The notes under the pieces: model-generated
Database searches by the model: none
The model's input: only the letters and a program-made list of their open reading frames with translations
Told to the model about the DNA's origin: nothing
Made by a program: the position numbers and the translations under genes
Virus record (IMG/VR): IMGVR_UViG_3300027863_000020
Location: 32,001 to 96,000 of that record
DNA from: a virus
DNA length: 64,000 nt
Strand: one strand, 5' to 3'
In this document: in pieces, positions 9,651 through 17,975 of the stretch
How positions within the stretch are numbered: the first letter of the stretch is position 1
Layout: every line of letters begins with the position of its first letter

Positions 9651-10298
9651 ATGAAAGCCCCCGATGCAATCGAACAAGTCTATACAGAAGTCCTTGAGGA
9701 TTTCAGCAAGAACCGTCAATCGGAAATGAAGCAACTCATTTCGTTGCTCACCAGAACAACCGATCCCGATGATGCTTCCCCCGACAAGCACATGACCCCA
9801 ATTGAGAATGGCGATGGATACCTCAATCCATTTTCGATTGCCAAGTTCGGAAACTTCAGACGGTTCTCCCAAGAGTTCCCCAACTATGTCTCCGAATGCT
9901 TGGAGTTCTTCATTTCCAAGGCAACCGAATCGAAGCAGATTACCTTTGACCAAGGCTCCATGCTTGTGGACAAGTTGGTTGAATGGGTTGGCTACATGAA
10001 GCCACTCATGGAAAAGATTATGAAGTCTGCTTCCGATGCCAACATTGACTTCGTGAAGTTCTGTACCAATGTGCGAATCTCCAATCTATTTCAACGAGCC
10101 GATGTTCTTTTCAAAGACGGGTCTTTCGATGTTGATTGTGTATTCGGTGCTATCGTTGCCGTTGAACTGGACATCAAGGTTCTTGAACGCCTCATCAAGT
10201 CTTCCGTGACCAATGATCTTTTCGGTGGTGAAGTCGTTGTCAATCGCAAAGGTATCGACCATAAGATTGATACCCCTTCAATCGCAGACCTTCTTTAA
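9651..10298 (+). CDS. Hypothetical late protein
   Basis: GAGG RBS and late promoter; 215 aa. Confidence 0.7.
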   Translation: MKAPDAIEQVYTEVLEDFSKNRQSEMKQLISLLTRTTDPDDASPDKHMTPIENGDGYLNPFSIAKFGNFRRFSQEFPNYVSECLEFFISKATESKQITFDQGSMLVDKLVEWVGYMKPLMEKIMKSASDANIDFVKFCTNVRISNLFQRADVLFKDGSFDVDCVFGAIVAVELDIKVLERLIKSSVTNDLFGGEVVVNRKGIDHKIDTPSIADLL

Positions 10299-10307
10299 GG
10301 AGCATCT

Positions 10308-11060
10308 ATGCCCGTAGTATCCCGTTTGGCTTCTATGTCCGATGCTATCAATTATGCACGGACTATGCTTGGCGAACCAATCGTCAATGTGGAATTGACC
10401 GATGACCAGATCAAGCAATGTGTTCTCGATGCCGTCCAGATTTTCCAACGCTACAACATGGGCGAAGGTGTCTATGAGGAATCAATCGTCTTCACCATGA
10501 AGGCGGGACAACGGGTGTACCCAATGCCAGACAACATTGCAGAAATCACCAAGTATTTTGCATCCTACAATGGCGATGTGAACCAACTTTTCACAGCAGA
10601 ACACCAGATTCTCATGGAGACTGGCATCCTTCCTTCATTGACGAAACAGTTGGCGGGTCAATCGGTGGGTATGGACTTGGCGGGATATGACATTGCAACC
10701 AAGTACCTTGAATTGTACAAGCACTACTTCAACAAGACCTATTCTGTCAATTTCCACCACTTGCGAAGGGAATTGACGGTCGATCCTACTCCGACAACCG
10801 ATGTGGTCGGTATCATGCTTGTGTGGAAGAAAGAAGCCCTATCCAATTGCGTGGATCATACCGATGTCAAGAAGCTCATCATTGCCAAGTGCAAGCAATT
10901 GTGGGGCATGATTCGTGGCAAGTATTCCATTCAGTTGCCGGGTGGCGGTTCGATTGAAGGCGAATCCCTGAAGAGCGAAGGAAAGGAAGAAGAGCGGGAA
11001 ATCATCGAACGCATGGATGACGAATCTGAAGGCAATGCGCTTGGCTTCTATATCGGGTAA
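10308..11060 (+). CDS. gp13: Neck protein
   Basis: 'LGEPIVNVELTDDQI', 'KQLWGMIRGKYSIQLPGG', C-terminal 'FYIG'. Confidence 0.9.
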   Translation: MPVVSRLASMSDAINYARTMLGEPIVNVELTDDQIKQCVLDAVQIFQRYNMGEGVYEESIVFTMKAGQRVYPMPDNIAEITKYFASYNGDVNQLFTAEHQILMETGILPSLTKQLAGQSVGMDLAGYDIATKYLELYKHYFNKTYSVNFHHLRRELTVDPTPTTDVVGIMLVWKKEALSNCVDHTDVKKLIIAKCKQLWGMIRGKYSIQLPGGGSIEGESLKSEGKEEEREIIERMDDESEGNALGFYIG

Positions 11061-11063
11061 ATT

Positions 11064-11192
11064 ATGAATTCTCTGTTTTCTCTATTTCGGGTGTTCGTGT
11101 GGTTCCCAATCAAGTTGATAGGGGTCTGCGTGTTCATTGCGTATCAAGAATGGAGAAGCGAAATCAAGAGGTGGCAATATGGGAAACTTTGA
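11064..11192 (+). CDS. Possible small membrane peptide (42 aa; not in the ORF track)
   Basis: Fills the gp13-gp14 gap; one hydrophobic stretch. Confidence 0.4.
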   Translation: MNSLFSLFRVFVWFPIKLIGVCVFIAYQEWRSEIKRWQYGKL

Positions 11193-11901
11193 CCATCTAT
11201 CCAGACTTCCGAAGCCTTGGTTCAAGCGTCATGCTCCCAAGTATGACAATGAACGAAAATTGATTGCGGATATGGGAGCCGAAATGATTAACCATCATGG
11301 GGTTCTCTGTGAATACATCCTCATTTCAAACGATCCTTCGTATGACACTCTTTTTGGTGATGACCGAAATCGAAGGGTTATCCGAAAATTTCTTGTGATG
11401 GTTTATTTCGATCTTCCCGCTGAAGATGATCGTTGGAGTTCGTTTGGTATCGAAGGACTTGACAACTTCTCAATGATTGCAAGCATCAAGCATTTTTCGG
11501 AACGAGGGAAGCTAGATGTTTTACCAGAACAGGCGATCTATTCTCCCCGTGTTGGTGACATCATCAAGCCAATGTACAACAACTTCTATTATGAAGTGAC
11601 TGCGTGGTATGATGGTATGACATCCATGAACTTCTTGCAGATGGATAATGTGTATGAGATCGTTGTCAATAAGATGACCGATGACCACATCAATGATCCA
11701 GACAATCTCATCAATTCGTCAATCAGACCTCTTGGCGCACAAGACATCTTTGACGATACCGATTTCATCAATACCATGAATGGAAGCACGGCTATCATTC
11801 CAAACACATTCCCAGAGACAACGGGGAAAGGAAAGCCATCTCCATTGTATAAACCAAAGGCGGGTGAGAAAGCACCCAATGATCCATTCGGGGGTTTCTA
11901 A
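11179..11901 (+). CDS. gp14: Neck/head completion protein
   Basis: 'DTLFGDD', 'SSFGI', 'PRVGDII', C-terminal 'NDPFG'; start at ATG 11179 after GAGG. Confidence 0.85.
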   Translation: MGNFDHLSRLPKPWFKRHAPKYDNERKLIADMGAEMINHHGVLCEYILISNDPSYDTLFGDDRNRRVIRKFLVMVYFDLPAEDDRWSSFGIEGLDNFSMIASIKHFSERGKLDVLPEQAIYSPRVGDIIKPMYNNFYYEVTAWYDGMTSMNFLQMDNVYEIVVNKMTDDHINDPDNLINSSIRPLGAQDIFDDTDFINTMNGSTAIIPNTFPETTGKGKPSPLYKPKAGEKAPNDPFGGF

Positions 11902-12768
11902 ATGGCACATACCCAACAAGACGGTGTACAGGACGGTGATCGGTACAATGGGAAGGCTTGGTATTCTCCCAATGTCCTTCGTAGCATCACGCTTGGCCTT
12001 GCCGATATGTTCAACGACATCGTGGTTCGCAAATTCGCAAAGGACTTCATCACTGTAATCAAAGAGATTCCAGTTCCTCTCCATGTCGCTCCGAAGACGA
12101 AAGAATACTTCGAGAGAAAAGAAGATTATACATCGGATGGTGGGGGTCGCTATTACCAACAAGTCCCCGCATTGGCTCTTGTGTTCACTGGAATGAATTA
12201 TGCCCAACAACGGGTGATGGCTCCCAATGAAGAACGGGCGTGGCCTTATCCAGTCGATTCTTCGGTTGATCCCGATTACTTCAAGGACTATTCACCGACT
12301 CCGTATGACTTGACCTATGAGTTGAAGATCAGAACAGAGTCGATGGAAGATTACATCCAGATCATCGAACAAATCATTCCATTCTTCAATCCTTCATTGA
12401 CACTCCGAATGAAGGAAATCCCGTTCCTTGATGTTGCTCGAAATGTTCGTGTCAATCTGGACAATCCTTCCATCGAGATTCCACAGGAATTGACTGGAAG
12501 CGATATGAACCAGATCGAAGGAACATTGAGCTTGACTTGCGAAGCCTACCTGTATCGCCCAATCACGAATGCGATCTTCTTGAAGGAACTCTACAAATAC
12601 ATCTCCGTCATTGAGCTTGATGGTGACAAGAGCTTTGATCGAAGGATCAGAACACTCATGGCATTTTCGGAAGAAGAGATACCACAGGAAGCCGTCAATA
12701 AGAGGAAAACCCTCTATGGATATTGGTTGTACGAACTTTTGGATCAAGTCAATGATATTGGTGCATAA
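11902..12768 (+). CDS. gp15: Tail terminator/sheath stabiliser
   Basis: 'FNDIVV', 'VPL', 'PTPYDLTYEL', 'QIIEQIIPFFNP'. Confidence 0.9.
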   Translation: MAHTQQDGVQDGDRYNGKAWYSPNVLRSITLGLADMFNDIVVRKFAKDFITVIKEIPVPLHVAPKTKEYFERKEDYTSDGGGRYYQQVPALALVFTGMNYAQQRVMAPNEERAWPYPVDSSVDPDYFKDYSPTPYDLTYELKIRTESMEDYIQIIEQIIPFFNPSLTLRMKEIPFLDVARNVRVNLDNPSIEIPQELTGSDMNQIEGTLSLTCEAYLYRPITNAIFLKELYKYISVIELDGDKSFDRRIRTLMAFSEEEIPQEAVNKRKTLYGYWLYELLDQVNDIGA

Positions 12769-12771
12769 ATA
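12764..12771 (+). promoter_or_regulatory. Late promoter, leaderless geometry
   Basis: CATAAATA-N5-ATG. Confidence 0.7.
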
Positions 12772-12776
12772 GAAGT

Positions 12777-14282
12777 ATGAAGTATTCGCAGATCAAAGAA
12801 CACCGTGAGGTAATTGAAGAGTCGATTCGGCTCAATCGGAACTTTTCCCAGACGGAAATAGTATTCGTCCGATACCTTGCAAGGAGACTGAATCAACCGA
12901 TCTATCGTGTCGGTGGCTCCGACTTCGTGGTCAATTACCGTCATGGTAATGATTTCGGGCGTGGTATCCGTTATGTGTTCATGCTCCCCATGATGACCAG
13001 TTTCCGAATCAATTGGACTGGAAAGCGTCAAGCGATTACTCCGACAAGCATTGATGTGTTCTTGAAGAATCAAAAGCGTCCATCGTATCGGTTGGCTATT
13101 TCTGGAATGGGGCTTGGTTCGATTGCTTCCGTCCTAGCCGATGTCCTTTCTAGCCGTGAAATCCTCAAGAACGATATTCCAGTGATTACCAATGGTGGTG
13201 ATGAATACCTGATTGACGAAGGTTCTAGCGCACTAGCCAAATCGAAGACCGCATTGACGGTTCTGGAAAAGAAGCAGAAGCCCGAACTGGTGGTACTTGA
13301 TCTTCTTCGCCTTGGATACACCCCTCTCGAAATCAGTGGGTATGCGAAGATTCCTCTCCCCATTGCCGAAAATGCTCTCAAGCTCAACCCCGATTCGTTT
13401 GGGTCGGTGGAGAATCCGAAGAAGCGTACTGTTTCCTTCATCAAGATCATCACAGGCCGTCCAGACAAACAGGAACTTCCCACAGAGAAATGGAACACTT
13501 CTGTCATTGCCGAATGGATGAACGACAACAAGGGTCGCATTCGTGGAGCACTGGAACCCGCAATCGAAGCAGTTTCCACCCTTCCAAGTGGTCGGAATTT
13601 CAGTCTGGTTGTGACTGGAATTGATGAAAACAATCTTCGGGTTCCGTTCGTCAATTCCGTTTCTGGCTTTTCCAAAGTACAGGTCATCGACTGTACGGAA
13701 CTCATGCCCGATGACATTGCCCCTCTGTTCTGGCAGATTAGAAACGATGACAAGGCAACGATCATCCTATTGGGTGTCGAACGCCTTGCCGATGATCCCA
13801 TTTCTCGCCAAATTCTTGCCGATGCTTCCGTCAATCGGAATGTACGAACCATCAACCTGAAGGGAAAGAAGTACAAGGACTATGGCTCCATGCCCATGTC
13901 CGAAATCGAGAAAGCCGTATCGAGCGGTGATCTTCTTCCTACCAAGTTCGAGTTTACCGCCAATGTCGTACTGGTTTCGGATACGAAGCCATCGTTTGTT
14001 GGAAACTCCATCCAGAACCCGATTGTAGAGGTCGTATTGCCCCCTGCAACGGTGTTCGAGGTGATAGCGTCCACTATGGGCAAATTGACCATTGGGACAG
14101 CGGACATGGCTATCAAGACCGAATGCTTGGAATATCTGAAGGGATTGGGAAAGAGCTTCGGTGGTTTCACCATTTCCATGTTCGAGACAGCGGTGGTGTG
14201 CCGATTGACCGATCAGTCGCATTTCCAAAAGCTATTCAGCGCACACACAACGAGCCAATACGGTGGAGTTGCGGAATTTTGA
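12777..14282 (+). CDS. Late protein with a degenerate C-terminal AAA-like domain
   Basis: 'SLVVTG', 'PTKFEFTANVVLVSD' resemble phage AAA ATPases, but Walker A/B residues are missing. Confidence 0.55.
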   Translation: MKYSQIKEHREVIEESIRLNRNFSQTEIVFVRYLARRLNQPIYRVGGSDFVVNYRHGNDFGRGIRYVFMLPMMTSFRINWTGKRQAITPTSIDVFLKNQKRPSYRLAISGMGLGSIASVLADVLSSREILKNDIPVITNGGDEYLIDEGSSALAKSKTALTVLEKKQKPELVVLDLLRLGYTPLEISGYAKIPLPIAENALKLNPDSFGSVENPKKRTVSFIKIITGRPDKQELPTEKWNTSVIAEWMNDNKGRIRGALEPAIEAVSTLPSGRNFSLVVTGIDENNLRVPFVNSVSGFSKVQVIDCTELMPDDIAPLFWQIRNDDKATIILLGVERLADDPISRQILADASVNRNVRTINLKGKKYKDYGSMPMSEIEKAVSSGDLLPTKFEFTANVVLVSDTKPSFVGNSIQNPIVEVVLPPATVFEVIASTMGKLTIGTADMAIKTECLEYLKGLGKSFGGFTISMFETAVVCRLTDQSHFQKLFSAHTTSQYGGVAEF

Positions 14283-14311
14283 GAATTTTCGCACATTGAC
14301 GATCTTTTGAG

Positions 14312-14947
14312 GTGACTATGCAGATTCATTCAGGGTTCAACGAGAACGCCCAACACTTCTTCGATTCTCTTGATGCCGACTTCGTGCCACAGAAACCCGT
14401 GGCAATCCCCGCCACAGCGTCCGTAAGAGCGTCTGAAGAGGCATGGGGTAGTTCGGGCGGGTTGCCACAGGAAACCCCGCCACAGCCCCCCGTACAGGCG
14501 AATACGGTGGCTCAATTGCCCGATCCCAAGACAGTCGAGCCAATTGATCGGAATTCGTATGACTTTCTGGACAGGTCGTATCGGGACAACATAACGACAA
14601 TTGAGCAAGCGATTTCACAGATCGAGGGCGAAATCATGCCCGGTGCTCATCCGAAGCTATTGGAATCGTATGCTCAATTACTGGAAAGACGGACAAGCGC
14701 AATCAATTCTTACACGGAATTCCTCAAATTGAGGCGAAAGTCCGAAATTGAGGAACGAAAAATTCGCATAGCCGAAAAGAAAGCGGGTATGGGTGTGAAG
14801 ACGGGTGATGCTCCGTCCAATGGGCTTACCATGAGTCCCCGTCAATTGGCAGAATTCATGCGTGAATTGGATGCTTCGAGGATGAGCGAAATTCCTGAAG
14901 CAGAAGAAGTACCTTCCGATGGGAAGCCCGATAGGAGCTTTGAGTAA
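14312..14947 (+). CDS. gp16: Terminase small subunit
   Basis: 'YDFLDRSYRDNI', 'HPKLLESYAQLL'; directly upstream of and coupled to gp17. Confidence 0.7.
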   Translation: MTMQIHSGFNENAQHFFDSLDADFVPQKPVAIPATASVRASEEAWGSSGGLPQETPPQPPVQANTVAQLPDPKTVEPIDRNSYDFLDRSYRDNITTIEQAISQIEGEIMPGAHPKLLESYAQLLERRTSAINSYTEFLKLRRKSEIEERKIRIAEKKAGMGVKTGDAPSNGLTMSPRQLAEFMRELDASRMSEIPEAEEVPSDGKPDRSFE

Positions 14948-17913
14948 TGGCGTTTCGTGGCAATCCAAGACTCCGTGGTCATAGGGAGACATACGAGTAT
15001 TCCGAAGCAGAATTGACGGAATATCTCAAATGCCGTGCCGACTTTGAGTATTGGGCAGAGAAGTATGCCAAGATTGCCACTCTTGATGATGGTATTGTGA
15101 CCATCAAGCTACGGGGATACCAGAAGAGGATGATCCGAACGATCAAGAACCTTCCCAAACAGGGGAAGCGTGGAATGGTCGTATTGGCTCCCCGTCAATG
15201 TGGAAAGACCACGGGCATCTATCTGTACATCCTATGGCTAATCATTTTCTTCGAGTACAAGCGTGTTGCCATCATCGCCAACAAGGGCGCAAACGCCCGT
15301 AAGGTGATCCGTGACATCAAGCAAGCCTACGAATTTTTGCCACTCTGGATGCAACCCGGTGTCAAGGACGGTGGGTGGAGCAAGGGTTCGATTGAGCTTG
15401 AGAACGGTTCTATGGTGGTGTCTGGTTCGACTACGAGCGATTCGATCCGTGGTCAAACCTTCCATTGTTTGTCTGGTCGTAGTGAAGTAATCGTCCGTTT
15501 CGCAAATGGCGAAGTCTATAAAACGACAATGCGGGGGTTGAACGAACAGGATGAAAGTACATTCGTCAAATTAAACAATGTATATTTCGGTAATGACCGA
15601 CCTGTTTCTGAAAAACAAATATCTGGATTGGTACAACCGAATAATGCTTTCGGATTGGAGCGGTATGACCGAACTCCATCACATAATCCCACGAAGCCTT
15701 GGTGGTACGGATGCTCCGTCAAACCTGAAGCGATTGAGCGTAAAAGCTCATTTGGTAGCACATCATTTATTGACCAGAATAACCACGGGACAACATTTGC
15801 GGAAAATGCTATTCGCTTATGCTCAAATGATGTCGGGAAGACAGGGAAAACTTGTGGGGATGGACTGGAAATCCCAGAAAGTAGCCATTCGTCAATTGGC
15901 AGAGAGTCAATCGAAACGGATGAAAGGAGTTCGTTTGACAGAGGAATGGAAGAGACGGATTTCGGAATCCAACAAGGGAAAAACTTTGTCGAAAGAAACC
16001 AGAATCAGAATATCGGTTTCCAAGAAAGGAAATTTGAAGGGCGTTCCGAAGACGAACGAACACAAGCGGAAAATATCGGAAGCGAATACGGGGAATCCCC
16101 GTCCGTATGTTGTGAAAATGAACAAGAATCCAGAGAAGATTCGCAAGACAGCGGAAAAACATCGTGGAATGAAACGAAGCGAAAAATCACGAGAATTGAT
16201 GAGCCAACAACGGAAAGGGAAACCGTCTCCGTTGAAGGGGGTTCGTGGAATCATATCGGAAGAGACACGAGAGAAGATGCGTCAATCAGCAATTCTTCGA
16301 GTACAGCGTTTGGGGATTTGTGGGGACAAGACATTGAAGTCTTCACCGATGAAGGATGGAAACGATTTGAAGGGTGTGTAAACAATGGCTTTAAGAAAAC
16401 TTGGAGATTGAACCTATCAAATGGATTGACGATTGGTGCAACGGACAATCACGAATTCTCTACATACCGTGGGTGGGTTCGCCTTGATGCTCTTCAATCG
16501 GACGATATGGTCGATACAGTACATGGTCAATCCAATGTAGCATCAATCGAATATGTTGGCGAAGAGGATGTATATGATCTACTCAATGTAGAAGACATCC
16601 ATTGTTTCTACTCCAATGGAATAAAAGTCCATAATTGCGTGTACATTGACGAATACGCATTTATTCCAAAACACGCCGCCGATGACTTTATGAAGTCGGT
16701 TCTCCCGACTATCCTATCTGGAAAATCGGCTCAATTGTTTGCGACAAGTACCCCCAAGGGAATGAACCAGTTTTGGCGAATGTGGAGAAAGGCCGAAGCG
16801 GGTAAGGGTATGCTTGTACCCGTCAAGATCGACTATACCGAAGTTCCGAACTATACCAAGCCCGAATTCAAGAAGATGATTATTGAAACGGAAGGCTTGG
16901 CGACATGGAGACAGGAATTCGAGTGCAAGTTCCTTGGATCGTCCAAGACTCTAATCAATGCAGAATGCCTTGAAGAAATGGCACTGAAGCTACTCCCAGA
17001 ACCAATCGTCCGTCATTTCGATGACAAGTTCAAGATATGGGAGAAGCCTTCCAAGGGCGCAAGCTACATCCTTGCCGTGGACAGTGGAAAGGGTGTCGGT
17101 GGTGATTACTCCATCGTACAGGTTCTCCGAATCTATGGAATGCACAAAGCAGAACAGGTTGCGGTCTTTGCCGACAACTATACCCCAATCAACGACTTTG
17201 CCCAAATCTGCGTGTCAATCGCACGGTATTACAACAATTCGGAAATCATTGTCGAGAACAACGATCTTGGTGGTGTCCTTTGCGAACGAATCTTTGAACA
17301 ACTTGGATATGACCGTCTGGTTTCCTATGAGAAGGATTACTTCGGTGTTCGCTCGAACAAGAAGAACAAGGCCATTGGCAATATCGCCCTACGAGAATAC
17401 ATCGAGTCGAATTGGGTCAAGCTCAATGATGAAGAGACCGTAAAGGAATTTTCGTTCTACGAAGAAGTCCGTGACAATGTGTTCCAAGCAATCGAGGGCG
17501 AACATGATGACCGTGTGATGAGCCTTCTTTGGGCATTGTTCTGGTTGAAATCCAACTCCGAATTCGAGGATGAGGGTATCAATCAGATCAATGCACGGTT
17601 CCGAATCCATGACAAGGAATTGGGATACGAGGATACTGGAATGGGTGACGGGGATGCCGACTGGATGGGTGGCGGTGGTTCCACGGGTGACTGGTTGGGT
17701 GATTCCGATTCCCGTCAATCTGCGTCAATTTTCGGAAAAAGTGCCACAGCCGACAACCTATTCTCTGGTTTTGGCGGTGGGGACGATGACTTTTTTGGGT
17801 CTATGAAGGTAGGTGCGAATTCACCGAACCACAATTCAATGAGATTTGAGAACGGTGGGTACAGGCATTCAAACGGTGCTTTGGCGTTTGAGGATGATAT
17901 ACCGTCTCTCTGA
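14947..17913 (+). CDS. gp17: Terminase large subunit, intein-containing (988-aa precursor, about 598 aa spliced)
   Basis: Walker A 'PRQCGKTT', Walker B 'YIDEYAF', 'STPKG', 'QEFEC.F.GS', nuclease 'AVDSGKGVGGDYS', 'HDDRVM'. Confidence 0.95.
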   Translation: MAFRGNPRLRGHRETYEYSEAELTEYLKCRADFEYWAEKYAKIATLDDGIVTIKLRGYQKRMIRTIKNLPKQGKRGMVVLAPRQCGKTTGIYLYILWLIIFFEYKRVAIIANKGANARKVIRDIKQAYEFLPLWMQPGVKDGGWSKGSIELENGSMVVSGSTTSDSIRGQTFHCLSGRSEVIVRFANGEVYKTTMRGLNEQDESTFVKLNNVYFGNDRPVSEKQISGLVQPNNAFGLERYDRTPSHNPTKPWWYGCSVKPEAIERKSSFGSTSFIDQNNHGTTFAENAIRLCSNDVGKTGKTCGDGLEIPESSHSSIGRESIETDERSSFDRGMEETDFGIQQGKNFVERNQNQNIGFQERKFEGRSEDERTQAENIGSEYGESPSVCCENEQESREDSQDSGKTSWNETKRKITRIDEPTTERETVSVEGGSWNHIGRDTREDASISNSSSTAFGDLWGQDIEVFTDEGWKRFEGCVNNGFKKTWRLNLSNGLTIGATDNHEFSTYRGWVRLDALQSDDMVDTVHGQSNVASIEYVGEEDVYDLLNVEDIHCFYSNGIKVHNCVYIDEYAFIPKHAADDFMKSVLPTILSGKSAQLFATSTPKGMNQFWRMWRKAEAGKGMLVPVKIDYTEVPNYTKPEFKKMIIETEGLATWRQEFECKFLGSSKTLINAECLEEMALKLLPEPIVRHFDDKFKIWEKPSKGASYILAVDSGKGVGGDYSIVQVLRIYGMHKAEQVAVFADNYTPINDFAQICVSIARYYNNSEIIVENNDLGGVLCERIFEQLGYDRLVSYEKDYFGVRSNKKNKAIGNIALREYIESNWVKLNDEETVKEFSFYEEVRDNVFQAIEGEHDDRVMSLLWALFWLKSNSEFEDEGINQINARFRIHDKELGYEDTGMGDGDADWMGGGGSTGDWLGDSDSRQSASIFGKSATADNLFSGFGGGDDDFFGSMKVGANSPNHNSMRFENGGYRHSNGALAFEDDIPSL
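15466..16635 (+). mobile_element. Intein (390 aa) inserted just before terminase Walker B
   Basis: Starts C1 'CLSGRSEV', block B 'ATDNH', block F 'DVYDL', ends 'NGIKVHN', +1 Cys; removal restores 'SIRGQTFH/CVYIDEYAF'. Confidence 0.93.
15593..16381 (+). CDS. HNH homing endonuclease with NUMOD3-like repeats, in the +1 frame inside the intein
   Basis: 'ELHHIIPRSLGGTDAPSNLKRLSVKAHLVAHHLL' HNH core; repeats 'KGKTLSKETRIRIS', 'KGVPKTNEHKRKIS', 'RGMKRSEKSRELMS'; alternative start 15578. Confidence 0.9.
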   Translation: MTDLFLKNKYLDWYNRIMLSDWSGMTELHHIIPRSLGGTDAPSNLKRLSVKAHLVAHHLLTRITTGQHLRKMLFAYAQMMSGRQGKLVGMDWKSQKVAIRQLAESQSKRMKGVRLTEEWKRRISESNKGKTLSKETRIRISVSKKGNLKGVPKTNEHKRKISEANTGNPRPYVVKMNKNPEKIRKTAEKHRGMKRSEKSRELMSQQRKGKPSPLKGVRGIISEETREKMRQSAILRVQRLGICGDKTLKSSPMKDGNDLKGV

Positions 17914-17927
17914 TTGGTTTTTCAAAG

Positions 17928-17935
17928 CATAAATA
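17928..17935 (+). promoter_or_regulatory. Late promoter (CATAAATA)
   Basis: Upstream of the AAGGAG RBS of the sheath gene. Confidence 0.75.
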
Positions 17936-17975
17936 GGATAGAGAACCATTTGGTCTTATCCACAAGGAGTTAAAC

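Noticed and set aside
15466-16635. Group I intron interpretation of the terminase insert
   Set aside because: The insert is in frame and stop-free, with intein C1, TxxH and HN/C motifs.
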